Shown here: positions 9,167 to 19,838 of the stretch, piece after piece
Numbering within the stretch: position 1 is the stretch's first letter
How the letters are laid out: each line of letters starts with the position of its first letter
Source of the DNA: Bacteroidia bacterium
GTDB lineage: Bacteria; Bacteroidota; Bacteroidia; SpSt-205
Length of the DNA stretch: 64,000 bases
Direction: 5' to 3'
NCBI GenBank assembly: GCA_025054525.1
Contig: JANWZJ010000001.1
Location: 45,052 to 109,051, forward strand
The notes under the pieces: generated by a model
The model's database searches: none
Seen by the model: the letters and a program-made list of their open reading frames with translations, nothing else
Told to the model about the DNA's origin: nothing
Program-made: the position numbers and the translations under genes

Positions 9167-11490
9167 GTAGTTGGACTAAACTCCTACTCCAAGGGCGGTA
9201 CGTATGGCTGGGGCTGGCCTTCGTTGGCTCCCTCTACATGGCAGAACAAGCCCGCCACGTCCAAATCCTACAAGATTTCGTCAAAGTCATCCCCCAAGAC
9301 GACCCTGATTACCTTGCTTATCAGCGCTTCCAGAAAGAGTTTGGGGAGGACGCGGCGACGCTGTTTATAGGGATTACCGTTCCTTCTGCCAGTCCCGCTG
9401 CATTTTGGAGAAGTCTCCAGCATCTATGCGATACCCTGAAGACCTTTCCAGGCCTCAAGAATGTCTTGGGTGTCCCCACAGCTCCCCAACTGATTTGGGA
9501 TAAGGAGCAGTTCCGCACAACTACCCTATCCTTACCCACAGACTCCGCGCAGTGGGCTCTCCTGCGCCAATATCATCCCCTCTACCAAGGCATCCTCTGG
9601 GAAAAAAACGGCAGTAGTACTATTCTCATTCTTACCTTAGACTCTGCGGCTCTTCACTCCGCCCAGAAGCACCTCCTCATCCAGCAAGTAGAAGGCCTCT
9701 GCCAAAACTGGGCTAATACCCAAGGCGTAGAAGTCCATTTCTCTGGCGTGCCTTACCTGCGTCACTACATTTCGGAGATTATCCTGCATGAACTCTGGAT
9801 TTTCGTAGGACTATCGCTGCTTCTGACAGTATTGGCGCTGCTGGCGTACTTCCGCAGTTGGTATGCGGCAATTTTTCCCGTAATACTCCTGGGTTTAGCC
9901 TCTCTCTGGACAGTAGGAACGATGGGGATTTACGGATACCGTATGAGCCTTCTCACAGCGCTCCTGCCCCCAGTGATAATTATTTTAGGAATACCCCCCG
10001 CTATCTACATGCTCTCTGAATATCACCGCCTCTATGTAGCGAAAGGCAACAAAGTCGCCGCTATACGAGAAATGCTCAGCCAACTGGGTCTGGTAACCTT
10101 CATGATTCATGCAAACACCGCTTTGGGTTTCCTCACACTATACCTCACAAACGTTGTGCCCCTTCAAGAGTTTGGACTGGTAGCTTTCTGGGGCACGATT
10201 GCGACTTACTTTCTTACGATTCTGCTCGTGCCTTCGCTCTTTATGATTCTACCTGAGCCGCAGGAGAAAAACCTACGCCACCTCTATCACCCAGGCATAA
10301 GCAAGGCAGTGCGCTGGATTGGACACATCGTGGAGCAGCGGCGACCATGGATTTATGCCCTCACGGGAATAGGGCTGCTTGTAGCTGTAGGAGGCATACT
10401 CCGCTTGCGTGCTGTCTCATATATGGCTGATGACCTTCCCCAAGGCGGGAAAGTGATTCGTGACCAGCGCTTCTTTGAGGAGCGATATGGAGGCATGCTG
10501 CCTTTTGAGATTGTGTTAGAGACGAGGCAGCCTCGAGGCCTGCGCAAGCCTGGGCTTATGCGAGCCCTCTCTGCTTTACAAGACAGCTTGTCCCGCTATC
10601 CTGAACTTTCCCGCAGTCTGAGCCTCTCTGACCTTATCAAGGGCGCTCGTCAAGCCTTCTGGGGCGGCTCACCCTCCGCCTATGCCCCCCCCCAACCCGA
10701 AGAGCTACCTACCCTTCTGCGTTCCCTGCGCACCGCTTCAGCAGGACTGCTACCGATGGGCAGTTTAGTAGATACTGCCTTTCAGCGCACCCGTATTTCG
10801 GCTCTTATCCGAGATATTGGCTCCGCAGATATGCCCGCCCTCCTCCAGCGCATCCATGAAGATATTCAAGCCACCTTCGGTGAAGAAGCCCAAAACGTAC
10901 GCATCACCGGTACCACCGTCATTTTCCTCAAAGCCATAGACTACCTCATAGATAACCTCATCTGGAGCCTCATCGCCACCTTCCTTTTAGTAGCCGTTCA
11001 GATGTTTCTCTTGTACGGCTCCTTTCGCATCATGCTGATTAGTATGGGCGTCAATCTCTTACCGCTTCTCTTCGTAGCGGGGCTTATGGGATATATCTCT
11101 ATGCCCATCAAACCCTCCACTGCCCTTATCTACGAAATCGCCTTTGGGATTATCGTGGATAGTGCCATACACTTTCTCAGTTCATACCAATGGTTCTATC
11201 GTAAGCACCCTCTGCCTGTGCGAGCCGCAGTAGTGAGCATTCACCACACAGGTGCGCTTATTGCCTACACCTCCTTCGTGCTACTGATGGGGTTTGCTAT
11301 TTTTATATTCTCCTCTTTCGGAGGGACGAAGGCCCTGGGCATACTTACCTCTCTCTCCCTACTGATTGGACTCTTCTCTAACCTCTTCCTCCTGCCTGCC
11401 CTCCTGATAACCTTCCGTCAGTCCAGCGAAGGCACGGTCAGGAAAGCGTGGCGACACTTACGGAAGCGTAAGGCAGCGGGTAAGCTTTGA
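9163..11490 (+). CDS. RND/MMPL-superfamily exporter (12-TM, two periplasmic loops)
   Basis: 775 aa; two hydrophobic 6-TM bundles separated by large soluble loops, as in HpnN/MMPL-like proteins. The start overlaps the upstream stop (ATGA). Confidence 0.6.
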   Translation: MSSWTKLLLQGRYVWLGLAFVGSLYMAEQARHVQILQDFVKVIPQDDPDYLAYQRFQKEFGEDAATLFIGITVPSASPAAFWRSLQHLCDTLKTFPGLKNVLGVPTAPQLIWDKEQFRTTTLSLPTDSAQWALLRQYHPLYQGILWEKNGSSTILILTLDSAALHSAQKHLLIQQVEGLCQNWANTQGVEVHFSGVPYLRHYISEIILHELWIFVGLSLLLTVLALLAYFRSWYAAIFPVILLGLASLWTVGTMGIYGYRMSLLTALLPPVIIILGIPPAIYMLSEYHRLYVAKGNKVAAIREMLSQLGLVTFMIHANTALGFLTLYLTNVVPLQEFGLVAFWGTIATYFLTILLVPSLFMILPEPQEKNLRHLYHPGISKAVRWIGHIVEQRRPWIYALTGIGLLVAVGGILRLRAVSYMADDLPQGGKVIRDQRFFEERYGGMLPFEIVLETRQPRGLRKPGLMRALSALQDSLSRYPELSRSLSLSDLIKGARQAFWGGSPSAYAPPQPEELPTLLRSLRTASAGLLPMGSLVDTAFQRTRISALIRDIGSADMPALLQRIHEDIQATFGEEAQNVRITGTTVIFLKAIDYLIDNLIWSLIATFLLVAVQMFLLYGSFRIMLISMGVNLLPLLFVAGLMGYISMPIKPSTALIYEIAFGIIVDSAIHFLSSYQWFYRKHPLPVRAAVVSIHHTGALIAYTSFVLLMGFAIFIFSSFGGTKALGILTSLSLLIGLFSNLFLLPALLITFRQSSEGTVRKAWRHLRKRKAAGKL

Positions 11491-12718
11491 GGAACTCTCG
11501 GATTTCCTCTTTGAGCCGTAGGAGATAAGCCTCGTCTGAAAGGTGGCTTAGCGCCTGGTCTATCCAACGCGCTACTTGCTGAAACTCTGCCTCCGTAAAG
11601 CCCCGCGTGGTCAGCGCAGGCGTACCCAACCGAATCCCACTGGACACTAAAGGCGGCTGAGGGTCATAAGGAATGAGATTCTTATTCACAGTGATACCTG
11701 CTTTTTCCAGCCCCTGCTCTGCGGCTTTCCCAGTGATGCCTTTATTCCGCAAGTCTATAAGGACGATATGATTGTCCGTGCCGCCCGTAAGCACCGTATA
11801 ACCCAACCCTTGCAGTTCTCGGGCGAGAGTCTGTGCATTCCGAATCACCTGCTGGCTGTAACTACGAAAAGAGGGTTGTAGCGCTTCTCCGAAAGCCACT
11901 GCTTTCGCAGCAATAGAATGCATATGAGGCCCTCCCTGGATGCCTGGGAAAAGCCCACTCTCTAAGAGCGCGCTGAGTTTGCGGGGCTTGCCAGAAGCAG
12001 TAGGCACTTCCAAGTCTTTGCCTATCATGATGATACCGCCCCGAGGGCCTCGCAGTGTCTTATGCGTCGTACTGGTAACTACATGCACATGGGGTAAAGG
12101 ATCATTCAATAAGTCAGAGGCGATTAGCCCTGCGGGATGGGCAATATCCGCTACTAAGTAAGCCCCCACTTCATCTGCGATACGGCGCAGCGTAGCCCAA
12201 TCCCAATCTCGGGGATAACTGCTCGCTCCTGTCATCAGCACCTTAGGGCGAAACTCACGCGCTATGTCCCGAATCTGGTCATAATCCAAACGATAGGTAT
12301 CAGGACGCACCCCATAATGGCGAATCGTGTAGAGCTTACCTGAAGAGTTGAGGGGGCTTCCGTGGGTAAGGTGCCCTCCATGCGCCAGCTCAAAGCTAAG
12401 CATCTTATCCCCTAGCTGGAGAAGGGTCAGGAGAACCGCCGCATTCGCTTGCGCACCCGAATGAGGCTGAACATTTACCCAGACTGCTCCGAAAAGCTGC
12501 TTGAGCCGTTCCTGCGCCACTCTCTCTACCTCATCCACAAACTCACAGCCGCCATAGTAGCGCTTACCAGGAAGCCCTTCAGCATACTTATTATTGAGGA
12601 CAGAGCCTAAGGCTGCCAACACAGAAGGGCTGGCATAGTTCTCAGACGCAATCAGTTCTAAACCTTCCTCTTGGCGGCGACGCTCTGCTTCTATCCACTG
12701 GAAAACGATGTCCTGCAT
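11438..12718 (-). CDS. glyA: serine hydroxymethyltransferase
   Basis: [35 protein letters not shown] (PLP-Lys region). ATG verified at 12718. Confidence 0.9.
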   Translation of the reverse strand: MQDIVFQWIEAERRRQEEGLELIASENYASPSVLAALGSVLNNKYAEGLPGKRYYGGCEFVDEVERVAQERLKQLFGAVWVNVQPHSGAQANAAVLLTLLQLGDKMLSFELAHGGHLTHGSPLNSSGKLYTIRHYGVRPDTYRLDYDQIRDIAREFRPKVLMTGASSYPRDWDWATLRRIADEVGAYLVADIAHPAGLIASDLLNDPLPHVHVVTSTTHKTLRGPRGGIIMIGKDLEVPTASGKPRKLSALLESGLFPGIQGGPHMHSIAAKAVAFGEALQPSFRSYSQQVIRNAQTLARELQGLGYTVLTGGTDNHIVLIDLRNKGITGKAAEQGLEKAGITVNKNLIPYDPQPPLVSSGIRLGTPALTTRGFTEAEFQQVARWIDQALSHLSDEAYLLRLKEEIREFLKAYPLPYASVSVATLS

Positions 12719-12750
12719 GCTACAAATCTAATGAATTGTAGCTTAGGGGC

Positions 12751-13695
12751 ATGCGCGGTTGGCTACTAATACTGCTTTTAGGGGTGGTAGGTGTAGCTGC
12801 TTGGCTGATTATGGAAAAAGTTCGGCATCAGCCCAGCGAAAGTCTCCCTTCCTCTGAAGTTAGCACTTCCCCAGAGCGTTCCTTTCCTGCTGAGTCAGAA
12901 ATCCCTCCGTCAGAGTCTTCTTCGCCTATGCAGCCCAAGGAGGCTTCACCTCCTCCAGCTAATGCACCCAAACCTTCAAAGAGCTTCTCTAAGCTCACCT
13001 TAGAAGCTGCCTATCCCACTACTTCCAGCGGCTGCCAGATCGTGCGACATACTTATTATGCGCTATGCTATGATGAAGAACATGAGCAGCCTCGTTGGAC
13101 AGTTCATATTCTGGAAGGGGCTAATCTCAAGAAGGGCAAACTGCGCCGTACGCAGGACTTTCGGCCTGACCCCGCTGTGCGCACAGGTTCTGCCGAGCTT
13201 TCCGATTACAAGCGTTCGGGGTATGATCGCGGACATCTGGTGCCTGCCGCTGACTTCAAGTGGGATGAAACAGGCATGAGCGAGACCTTTTTCCTCTCCA
13301 ACATGAGCCCCCAACTCCATGAGTTCAACGCTGGCATTTGGGAGGAAGTAGAAAGCACTGTACGCGCTTGGGCGAAGCGCTACGGCAAGCTCGTCGTTTA
13401 TACAGGTCCTCTGCTGAATAAGATTCGGGGAAAAATCGGAAAGAGCCGAGTAAGCATTCCCGAAGCCTTCTATAAAGTTGTCTATCGCGTAGAGGGGCAA
13501 ACTGTCACGCATGCAGTAGGCTTCATCGTGCCGCACAAACCTTACCAGCGAGAGCCTACGGATTTTTTAGTGAGTGTAGATTCGGTAGAGAAAATAACAA
13601 GCATAGACTTTTTCCCGCTGCTTCCCGACGAGCTGGAAGAGAAAATGGAGCGTCGCGTAGACCGCTCTGTCTGGCAGAGCCTTCCCCAGCGCTAA
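12751..13695 (+). CDS. membrane-anchored DNA/RNA non-specific endonuclease (NUC1/Serratia-nuclease family) with Ser/Pro-rich linker
   Basis: N-terminal TM helix MRGWLLILLLGVVGVAAWLIM, then a low-complexity S/P/E-rich segment, then the catalytic SGYDRGHLVPAADF (DRGH) beta-beta-alpha-Me motif and NMSPQ. Confidence 0.75.
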   Translation: MRGWLLILLLGVVGVAAWLIMEKVRHQPSESLPSSEVSTSPERSFPAESEIPPSESSSPMQPKEASPPPANAPKPSKSFSKLTLEAAYPTTSSGCQIVRHTYYALCYDEEHEQPRWTVHILEGANLKKGKLRRTQDFRPDPAVRTGSAELSDYKRSGYDRGHLVPAADFKWDETGMSETFFLSNMSPQLHEFNAGIWEEVESTVRAWAKRYGKLVVYTGPLLNKIRGKIGKSRVSIPEAFYKVVYRVEGQTVTHAVGFIVPHKPYQREPTDFLVSVDSVEKITSIDFFPLLPDELEEKMERRVDRSVWQSLPQR

Positions 13696-13707
13696 CTTTG
13701 CCTTTAC

Positions 13708-14907
13708 ATGCCTATTCACCCCGCTCATACTCCCCAGCAGAAAGCCGATTTCTTGGAAGTACCTCGCCAGCTCTATGCTGATGACCCTAACTGGGTAGGT
13801 CCACTGGACTTAGAACTCAAGCGTCTATTCAGCCCTCAGCATAATCCACATTTTGCAGAGGGCGAAGCACAATGGTGGGTAGCCTATGGCCCTAATGGTA
13901 AGCTACTGGGGCGCATAGCTGCTTTCATCTACTATCCGAAGGTTCGCCGTTATGCGGTGCCAACGGGCGGGATAGGTTTTTTTGAGAGTGTAGAAGATTA
14001 TGCGGTAGCAGAGGGGCTTCTCGCGCAGGCGCAAAGCTGGCTCGCCGCACGCGGCATGCAAGCCGCTGACGCATGCATCAACTTCGGCGAAAATGACCGC
14101 TTCTGGGGCGTCTTGATAGACGGTTTTGACAGTCCCCCTTCCTACGGCATGCCCTACAACAAGCCCTATTATGCCGACTATCTCACTCGGTACGGGTTTG
14201 AAGTGTATTTCAAGCAAGAGTCGCGAGAGTTAGACCTGCGTCAGACTCCCGAGCGTATCATCCGTATCGCCCAAAGAGCCGCCCAAAAAGAAGGGGTTTC
14301 ATTTAGCTATCCCTCCCTTACCCACCTCTCTAAGTATTTGCGTGATTTTCAGACGATATACAACGATGCATGGCAGTTCCATGAGCATTTCGTCCCTCTT
14401 ACCGACGAAAGGCTCAAGGTTATAGCAGAGGGACTGAGACCTATTCTCATGGAGGAAATGATTTTTTTTGCGTATGTGGAAGGGGAACCGGCGGGGGTTA
14501 TCGTAGCTATTCCGGATTTGAATCAGATTTTTCGGCCTTGGCGAGGTCGTCCGTCTCTATGGCAGCTTCTACTTTTTCTCTGGCGCAAACGAAATAAGTA
14601 CGCTTGGTATCGCAAAAAAGGTATCTTGACTCGCGCTCGGGTCATGCTTATGGGCGTGCGACCTAAGTATCAGCGCAGAGGACTGGAGTCGGCATTAGCT
14701 TACCTGCCTATAGCGCCTGTGATACCTATGGGCATCACCCATGCAGAACTAAGTTGGGTGGGCGACTTCAATCCCGCTATGCTGGCTGTGCTGGAAGCTA
14801 CCAATGCTCGACTCAGTAAGATACATGCTACCTTCCGCTACTATTTCACTCCGCAGGCGCGCCTTCAAGCCGCCCAGCGTCAGAATATTATCACTCGTAC
14901 TTTCTGA
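13708..14907 (+). CDS. conserved ~400-aa protein, probable GNAT-fold N-acyltransferase family
   Basis: [17 protein letters not shown] looks like a GNAT acetyl-CoA-binding loop; nothing else is recognisable. Confidence 0.35.
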   Translation: MPIHPAHTPQQKADFLEVPRQLYADDPNWVGPLDLELKRLFSPQHNPHFAEGEAQWWVAYGPNGKLLGRIAAFIYYPKVRRYAVPTGGIGFFESVEDYAVAEGLLAQAQSWLAARGMQAADACINFGENDRFWGVLIDGFDSPPSYGMPYNKPYYADYLTRYGFEVYFKQESRELDLRQTPERIIRIAQRAAQKEGVSFSYPSLTHLSKYLRDFQTIYNDAWQFHEHFVPLTDERLKVIAEGLRPILMEEMIFFAYVEGEPAGVIVAIPDLNQIFRPWRGRPSLWQLLLFLWRKRNKYAWYRKKGILTRARVMLMGVRPKYQRRGLESALAYLPIAPVIPMGITHAELSWVGDFNPAMLAVLEATNARLSKIHATFRYYFTPQARLQAAQRQNIITRTF

Positions 14908-14916
14908 AAAGTTTCG

Positions 14917-14924
14917 TACCTTTG
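14917..14924 (+). promoter_or_regulatory. TAnnTTTG-like (Bacteroidetes sigma-A -7 element) upstream of rpsL; very tentative
   Basis: TACCTTTG at 14917-14924, 12 nt before the rpsL ATG. No convincing -33 TTTG partner identified. Confidence 0.15.
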
Positions 14925-14935
14925 CCGCTCGTTAT

Positions 14936-15373
14936 ATGCCCACGATACAGCAGCTCATACGGCTTGGCCGCAAGCCAAAGAAGCGCAAAAGCAAATCCCC
15001 TGCGCTGAAAGCTTGCCCTCAGCGTCGCGGGACTTGCACGAAAGTCTATACCACTACGCCCAAGAAGCCCAACTCCGCTCTGCGTAAGGTAGCCAAGGTT
15101 CGCTTGACCAGCGGATATGAAATCATCGCCTACATTCCCGGCGAAGGACATAATCTCCAAGAACACTCGGTAGTACTGGTACGGGGTGGTCGTGTGAAAG
15201 ACCTACCGGGTGTCCGTTATCATATTGTCCGCGGTGCTTTAGAGTGTGCAGGTGTAGATAAGCGCCGGCAGGGACGTTCGCTCTATGGGGCGAAGCGTCC
15301 CAAGAAAGGTGCGGCTGCACCCGCCGCAAAAGGAGGCAAACCCGCAGCTCCCCAAAAAGGAGGTAAAAAATGA
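14936..15373 (+). CDS. rpsL: 30S ribosomal protein S12, with unusual ~22-aa Lys/Ala/Pro-rich C-terminal extension
   Basis: [58 protein letters not shown]...[12 protein letters not shown]...YGAKRPKK then [24 protein letters not shown] verified at 14936; the track start 14804 lies inside the upstream gene. Confidence 0.95.
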   Translation: MPTIQQLIRLGRKPKKRKSKSPALKACPQRRGTCTKVYTTTPKKPNSALRKVAKVRLTSGYEIIAYIPGEGHNLQEHSVVLVRGGRVKDLPGVRYHIVRGALECAGVDKRRQGRSLYGAKRPKKGAAAPAAKGGKPAAPQKGGKK

Positions 15374-15837
15374 GAAAAGGACACCCTAAGCCTCGGACTA
15401 TCCTCCCAGACCCTCGCTTTAAGAGTGAGCTTGTCGCTCGCTTCGCCAATAAGCTCATGCGGGAGGGGAAGAAAACGAAAGCCTATCAGATTTTATACAC
15501 GGCGATGGAACTAATCGCCCAAAAAACCTCTCAGAATCCTCTGGAAATCTTTCAAGCGGCGATTAATAATGGTATGCCGCATTTAGAGGTGCGTCCCAGG
15601 CGAGTAGGCGGGGCTACGCTTCAGATTCCCATGGAGCCGCGTCCAGAGCGCAAGCTCTCGCTTTCCATGCGATGGATCATAGAAGCTGCACGCAAGCGCA
15701 CTGAACGCACGATGGCCCAGCGCCTCGCCGCTGAGCTTATCGCTGCTTCCATGAATGAAGGCGCTGCCATCAAAAAGCGCGATGAGGTGCATCGCATGGC
15801 AGAAGCCAACAAAGCCTTTGCTCACTTCCGATTCTAA
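15370..15837 (+). CDS. rpsG: 30S ribosomal protein S7
   Basis: [35 protein letters not shown]...; start overlaps the rpsL stop (ATGA). Confidence 0.95.
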   Translation: MRKGHPKPRTILPDPRFKSELVARFANKLMREGKKTKAYQILYTAMELIAQKTSQNPLEIFQAAINNGMPHLEVRPRRVGGATLQIPMEPRPERKLSLSMRWIIEAARKRTERTMAQRLAAELIAASMNEGAAIKKRDEVHRMAEANKAFAHFRF

Positions 15838-15843
15838 GGACCT

Positions 15844-17961
15844 ATGCCGATAGACCCTAATGTACCCTTGGAGCGCTGCCGTAATATTGGTATTGCAGCG
15901 CACATTGATGCAGGTAAAACGACGACAACGGAACGGATTCTCTTTTACACAGGGCTCACCCATAAACTCGGAGAAGTCCATGAAGGCACTGCTACCATGG
16001 ACTATATGCCTCAAGAGCGTGAGCGCGGGATTACCATCACCGCCGCAGCTACCACCACCTACTGGAACTGGAACGACCAGAAATACCGCATCAACATCAT
16101 AGACACGCCAGGTCACGTTGACTTTACCGTAGAAGTAGAGCGTTCTATGCGGGTGCTGGATGGAGCGATAGCGGTTTTCTGTGGGGTGGCTGGCGTTCAG
16201 CCTCAGTCCGAAACCGTCTGGCGCCAAGCAAATCGCTATAAAGTCCCTCGCCTCTGTTTCGTCAATAAGATGGACCGAGCTGGAGCGAACTTTTTCGGCG
16301 TCGTAGAGCAAATCCAAGAGCGCCTTGGCGCAAAAGCCGTCCCCATCCAAGTGCCCATCGGTGCAGAGGATCAGTTCCGAGGTGTCGTAGACCTTATTAC
16401 TTTAGAAGCCAAAATCTGGAATGAAGAGGACTATGGCATGACCTATCAAGTCGTGCCTATCCCTGAGGAGCTCAGACCCGACGTAGAAAAATGGCGGGGC
16501 TTTCTCTTGGAGACGGTGGCGGAGTACGATGATGTCCTGCTGGAGAAATATCTAACAGACCCTTCTACCATCACGCCCGCTGAAATTCGCTCCGCCCTCC
16601 GTAAAGGCACCTTGAAGATGGAACTTTTCCCTGTGCTGGCAGGCTCCGCCTTCAAGAATAAAGGCGTACAGGCGGTTCTGGATGCAGTTTGTGCTTTTCT
16701 TCCTTCTCCTATAGACCTACCTCCTGTGGAGGGTATTCACCCCAAGACAGAAGAGCCTGAGACTCGTCCCCCCGACCCTAAGGCGCCTTTCGCTGCCTTG
16801 GCTTTCAAAATCATCACAGACCCGTTCGTAGGAAAGCTCACTTTCATCCGAGTGTATTCAGGTACGCTTCAATCAGGTTCTTATGTCATCAACACCCGCA
16901 CAGGTCAAAAAGAAAGAATCAGCCGTCTCATCCAAATGCACGCTAACAAGCAGAATCTGATAGAGGAAGTTTCGGCGGGAGATATTGCGGCGGTGGTCGG
17001 TGTGCGCGAGGTGCGTACCGGAGATACCCTCTGCGACGAAGCCCATCCTATCGCTTTAGAATCCATTCACTTCCCTGAGCCTGTCATCCAAAAAGCAGTA
17101 GAACCCAAAACCCAAGCCGACTCTGATAAGCTCTCTATCGCACTTTCCAAGCTCTCTGAAGAGGACCCGACTTTTCGCTACTGGGTAGATGAGGAGTCGC
17201 TCCAGACTATCGTCGCAGGCATGGGCGAACTGCATTTGGAAATCATCGTAGACCGCCTCAAACGAGAGTTCAAAGTAGAAGTCAATGAAGGCGAACCCCA
17301 AGTAGCTTACCGTGAAACTATCACTACCTCCGTCACGCATCGTGAGCTATTCAAGAAGCAAACAGGCGGTAGAGGTAAGTATGCCGATGTCGTGATAGAG
17401 TTTTCCCCGCTGGAGAATGGGCATTTTGAGTTCATCAATGAGATTAAAGGTGGGGTGATTCCCAGAGAGTTCATTCCTGCGGTAGAGAAAGGCATTCGTC
17501 AAGCGATGAATGATGGGATAGTGGCAGGCTATCCTGCTACGGGTATCAAAGCCCGCCTTTTTGATGGGGGCTTCCATGAAGTGGACTCGGATAGCTTGTC
17601 GTTTGAGATTGCAGCGCGGTATGCTTTCCGAGAAGGCTGCCGTAAAGCTAATCCCATCATTTTAGAGCCTATTATGAAAGTGGAGGTAGAAACTCCAGAG
17701 GAGTACATGGGCGGAATCGTAGGCGATCTCAATCGTCGTCGGGGTCAAATCACAGGTATGGGCGCACGCGGTGGTATGCAAATCGTAACCGCACTCGTAC
17801 CTCTCAAAGAACTTTTCGGCTATGTAACCCAGCTTCGCACGCTCTCTTCAGGACGCGCTTATGCCGTCATGGAGTTCTCTCATTACCAGCCCGTACCTCC
17901 TCACATCCAAGAACAGATCATCGCTCAATCCAAAGGCGTAAAAGTCAAAGAATCTGTATAG
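15844..17961 (+). CDS. fusA: elongation factor G
   Basis: [37 protein letters not shown] GTPase motifs; 705 aa. Confidence 0.95.
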   Translation: MPIDPNVPLERCRNIGIAAHIDAGKTTTTERILFYTGLTHKLGEVHEGTATMDYMPQERERGITITAAATTTYWNWNDQKYRINIIDTPGHVDFTVEVERSMRVLDGAIAVFCGVAGVQPQSETVWRQANRYKVPRLCFVNKMDRAGANFFGVVEQIQERLGAKAVPIQVPIGAEDQFRGVVDLITLEAKIWNEEDYGMTYQVVPIPEELRPDVEKWRGFLLETVAEYDDVLLEKYLTDPSTITPAEIRSALRKGTLKMELFPVLAGSAFKNKGVQAVLDAVCAFLPSPIDLPPVEGIHPKTEEPETRPPDPKAPFAALAFKIITDPFVGKLTFIRVYSGTLQSGSYVINTRTGQKERISRLIQMHANKQNLIEEVSAGDIAAVVGVREVRTGDTLCDEAHPIALESIHFPEPVIQKAVEPKTQADSDKLSIALSKLSEEDPTFRYWVDEESLQTIVAGMGELHLEIIVDRLKREFKVEVNEGEPQVAYRETITTSVTHRELFKKQTGGRGKYADVVIEFSPLENGHFEFINEIKGGVIPREFIPAVEKGIRQAMNDGIVAGYPATGIKARLFDGGFHEVDSDSLSFEIAARYAFREGCRKANPIILEPIMKVEVETPEEYMGGIVGDLNRRRGQITGMGARGGMQIVTALVPLKELFGYVTQLRTLSSGRAYAVMEFSHYQPVPPHIQEQIIAQSKGVKVKESV

Positions 17962-17964
17962 GTT

Positions 17965-18273
17965 ATGACCAACCTGCAGCGAATTCGCATTAAGCTCAAG
18001 TCGTATGACCATGCGCTGATAGACAGAGCCGCAGAGCGCATTGTCAAAGTCGTGAAAAACGCAGGCGCCGTAGTCAAGGGGCCTATTCCTCTACCCACAG
18101 AAAAGATGCTCGTTACCGTCAATCGTTCCCCCCATGTCAATAAAGAATCCCGCGAGCAGTTCCAAATCAAATACCACCGGCGTCTGATAGATATTTACAA
18201 TAATCTACGTGAAGTCGTAGATGAAATCTCCAAAGTAGACCTGCCAGAAGGCGTAGAAGTAGAGATTAAGTGA
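17965..18273 (+). CDS. rpsJ: 30S ribosomal protein S10
   Basis: [39 protein letters not shown]. It follows fusA directly with no tuf between. Confidence 0.95.
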   Translation: MTNLQRIRIKLKSYDHALIDRAAERIVKVVKNAGAVVKGPIPLPTEKMLVTVNRSPHVNKESREQFQIKYHRRLIDIYNNLREVVDEISKVDLPEGVEVEIK

Positions 18274-18277
18274 GGGT

Positions 18278-18895
18278 ATGCTGGGGCTTCTGGGAAGGAA
18301 AATTGGCATGACTACTTACTTCATGCCGGAAGGGGATGTGGGATGCACGGTGATTCAAGCAGGGCCTTGCCCTATTGTGAATATTCGCACGCTAGAGAGA
18401 GACGGCTATATGGCTTTGCAGTTAGGCTTTGAGCCGATAAAGCCCTCCCGACTGAATAAACCCTTGCTAAGCTACTTCAAAAAGCAAGGGGTGGAACCTC
18501 TACGAATCCTGCGAGAGTTTCGCTTGCCCCAAGTAAATGACTATCAGATAGGGCAAGTATTAGATGTGCGCCTCTTCTCGGAAGGAGATGTTATATCGGT
18601 TACGGGATGGACGAAGGGACGCGGTTTTACAGGCGTAGTCAAGCGCCATAACTTCCGCGGGGTAGGCGGACGCACCCACGGCCAGCACAATCGCGAGCGC
18701 CATCCCGGCTCCATGGGCTCTAATACCTTCCCTGGACGAGTCTGGAAAGGCAAGCGTCTCGCTGGCCGTTATGGAAATGAGCGCATAACGGTGGAAAACC
18801 TCACAGTACTCAAAGTCATCCCAGAAAAAAACATCCTCGTAGTCTCTGGCTCGGTGCCAGGGCCTCGGGGCGGACTCCTCATTATTCAGAAGTAG
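18278..18895 (+). CDS. rplC: 50S ribosomal protein L3
   Basis: MLGLLGRKIGMTTYF...; position after rpsJ. Confidence 0.95.
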   Translation: MLGLLGRKIGMTTYFMPEGDVGCTVIQAGPCPIVNIRTLERDGYMALQLGFEPIKPSRLNKPLLSYFKKQGVEPLRILREFRLPQVNDYQIGQVLDVRLFSEGDVISVTGWTKGRGFTGVVKRHNFRGVGGRTHGQHNRERHPGSMGSNTFPGRVWKGKRLAGRYGNERITVENLTVLKVIPEKNILVVSGSVPGPRGGLLIIQK

Positions 18896-18898
18896 CCT

Positions 18899-19528
18899 AT
18901 GCAGATTCCTATTTACACTAAAGAAGGTACTCCTACGGGGGACTCACTGGTAATACCGGAATTCCTTTTAGCTATGGAGCCGCATGAGCATCTGATTTAC
19001 ATGGATGTGAAGCGGATTTTGGCCGCTGCTCGTCAAGGCACCCATAAAACTAAGACTCGCGGTGAAGTCCAAGGTAGCAAGCGCAAGCTCTACCGTCAGA
19101 AAGGCACGGGGCGCGCTCGGATGGGTTCTATCCGAAACCCTATTCGCCGAGGGGGTGGCACTATTCACGGACCTGTCCCCCGAGACTATTCCTTCAAGCT
19201 CAACGAGAAAGAAAAGCAACTGGCTCGCCTCAGCGCCTTTGTCCTCCATCTCAAACAGCAGAGTATTTGGGTTGTTCGGGATTTAGCCTATGAGGTGCCG
19301 CGCACTCGGCTCTTTGCTCAGATGCTGCGTAGCTTAGGATGGCAAGGCACACCACTCCAGGTCTATACCCATGGACATCAGCGAAATGCCTATCTCGCCG
19401 CTCGTAACATACCCCGCGTGTCTATCACCCCCGCCAATCAGTGGAATACATACGCCCTAGCAAGAGCGCGTCATCTCCTCTGGGAAGAAACCGCACTCCG
19501 AGAACTCCTCCAAAAAATCACCGTATGA
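18899..19528 (+). CDS. rplD: 50S ribosomal protein L4
   Basis: RQKGTGRARMGSIRNPIRRGGGTIHGP. Confidence 0.95.
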   Translation: MQIPIYTKEGTPTGDSLVIPEFLLAMEPHEHLIYMDVKRILAAARQGTHKTKTRGEVQGSKRKLYRQKGTGRARMGSIRNPIRRGGGTIHGPVPRDYSFKLNEKEKQLARLSAFVLHLKQQSIWVVRDLAYEVPRTRLFAQMLRSLGWQGTPLQVYTHGHQRNAYLAARNIPRVSITPANQWNTYALARARHLLWEETALRELLQKITV

Positions 19529-19833
19529 AAACTATCCTTATCAAGCCTCTCTTTACGGAGAAAGCCATTAATCTCTCACGCAAGAAAAATGCACGAGGTG
19601 CTTATACCTATGCATTTAAAGTTCACCGAGATGCTACCAAGCCCGAAATCGCACAAGCTATCCAGCAGCTATATAATGTGGAAGTAGAAGAAGTGCGCAC
19701 TGCTGTTATGCCGGCTCGTATTCGCACCCGATTCACGCGGAAGGGGCTTCAGGAAAGCCGTCTTCCTTCCTATAAGAAAGCCTATGTGCGCCTCAAACCG
19801 GGATACGAACTCAATCTCTACGAAAATCTATAG
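19525..19833 (+). CDS. rplW: 50S ribosomal protein L23
   Basis: ATG at 19525 ([17 protein letters not shown]...) overlapping the rplD stop; the track ORF 19441 starts too early. Confidence 0.9.
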   Translation: MKTILIKPLFTEKAINLSRKKNARGAYTYAFKVHRDATKPEIAQAIQQLYNVEVEEVRTAVMPARIRTRFTRKGLQESRLPSYKKAYVRLKPGYELNLYENL

Positions 19834-19838
19834 TTGCC

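Noticed and set aside
14804-14935. Track start of the 'rpsL' ORF at 14804 (189 aa)
   Set aside because: The first 44 codons overlap the upstream GNAT-like gene and are unrelated to S12; the true ATG is at 14936 (MPTIQQL).
15583-16350. 255-aa ORF antisense to rpsG/fusA
   Set aside because: Fully embedded antisense in highly conserved genes; typical GC-rich antisense open frame, with no supporting motifs.
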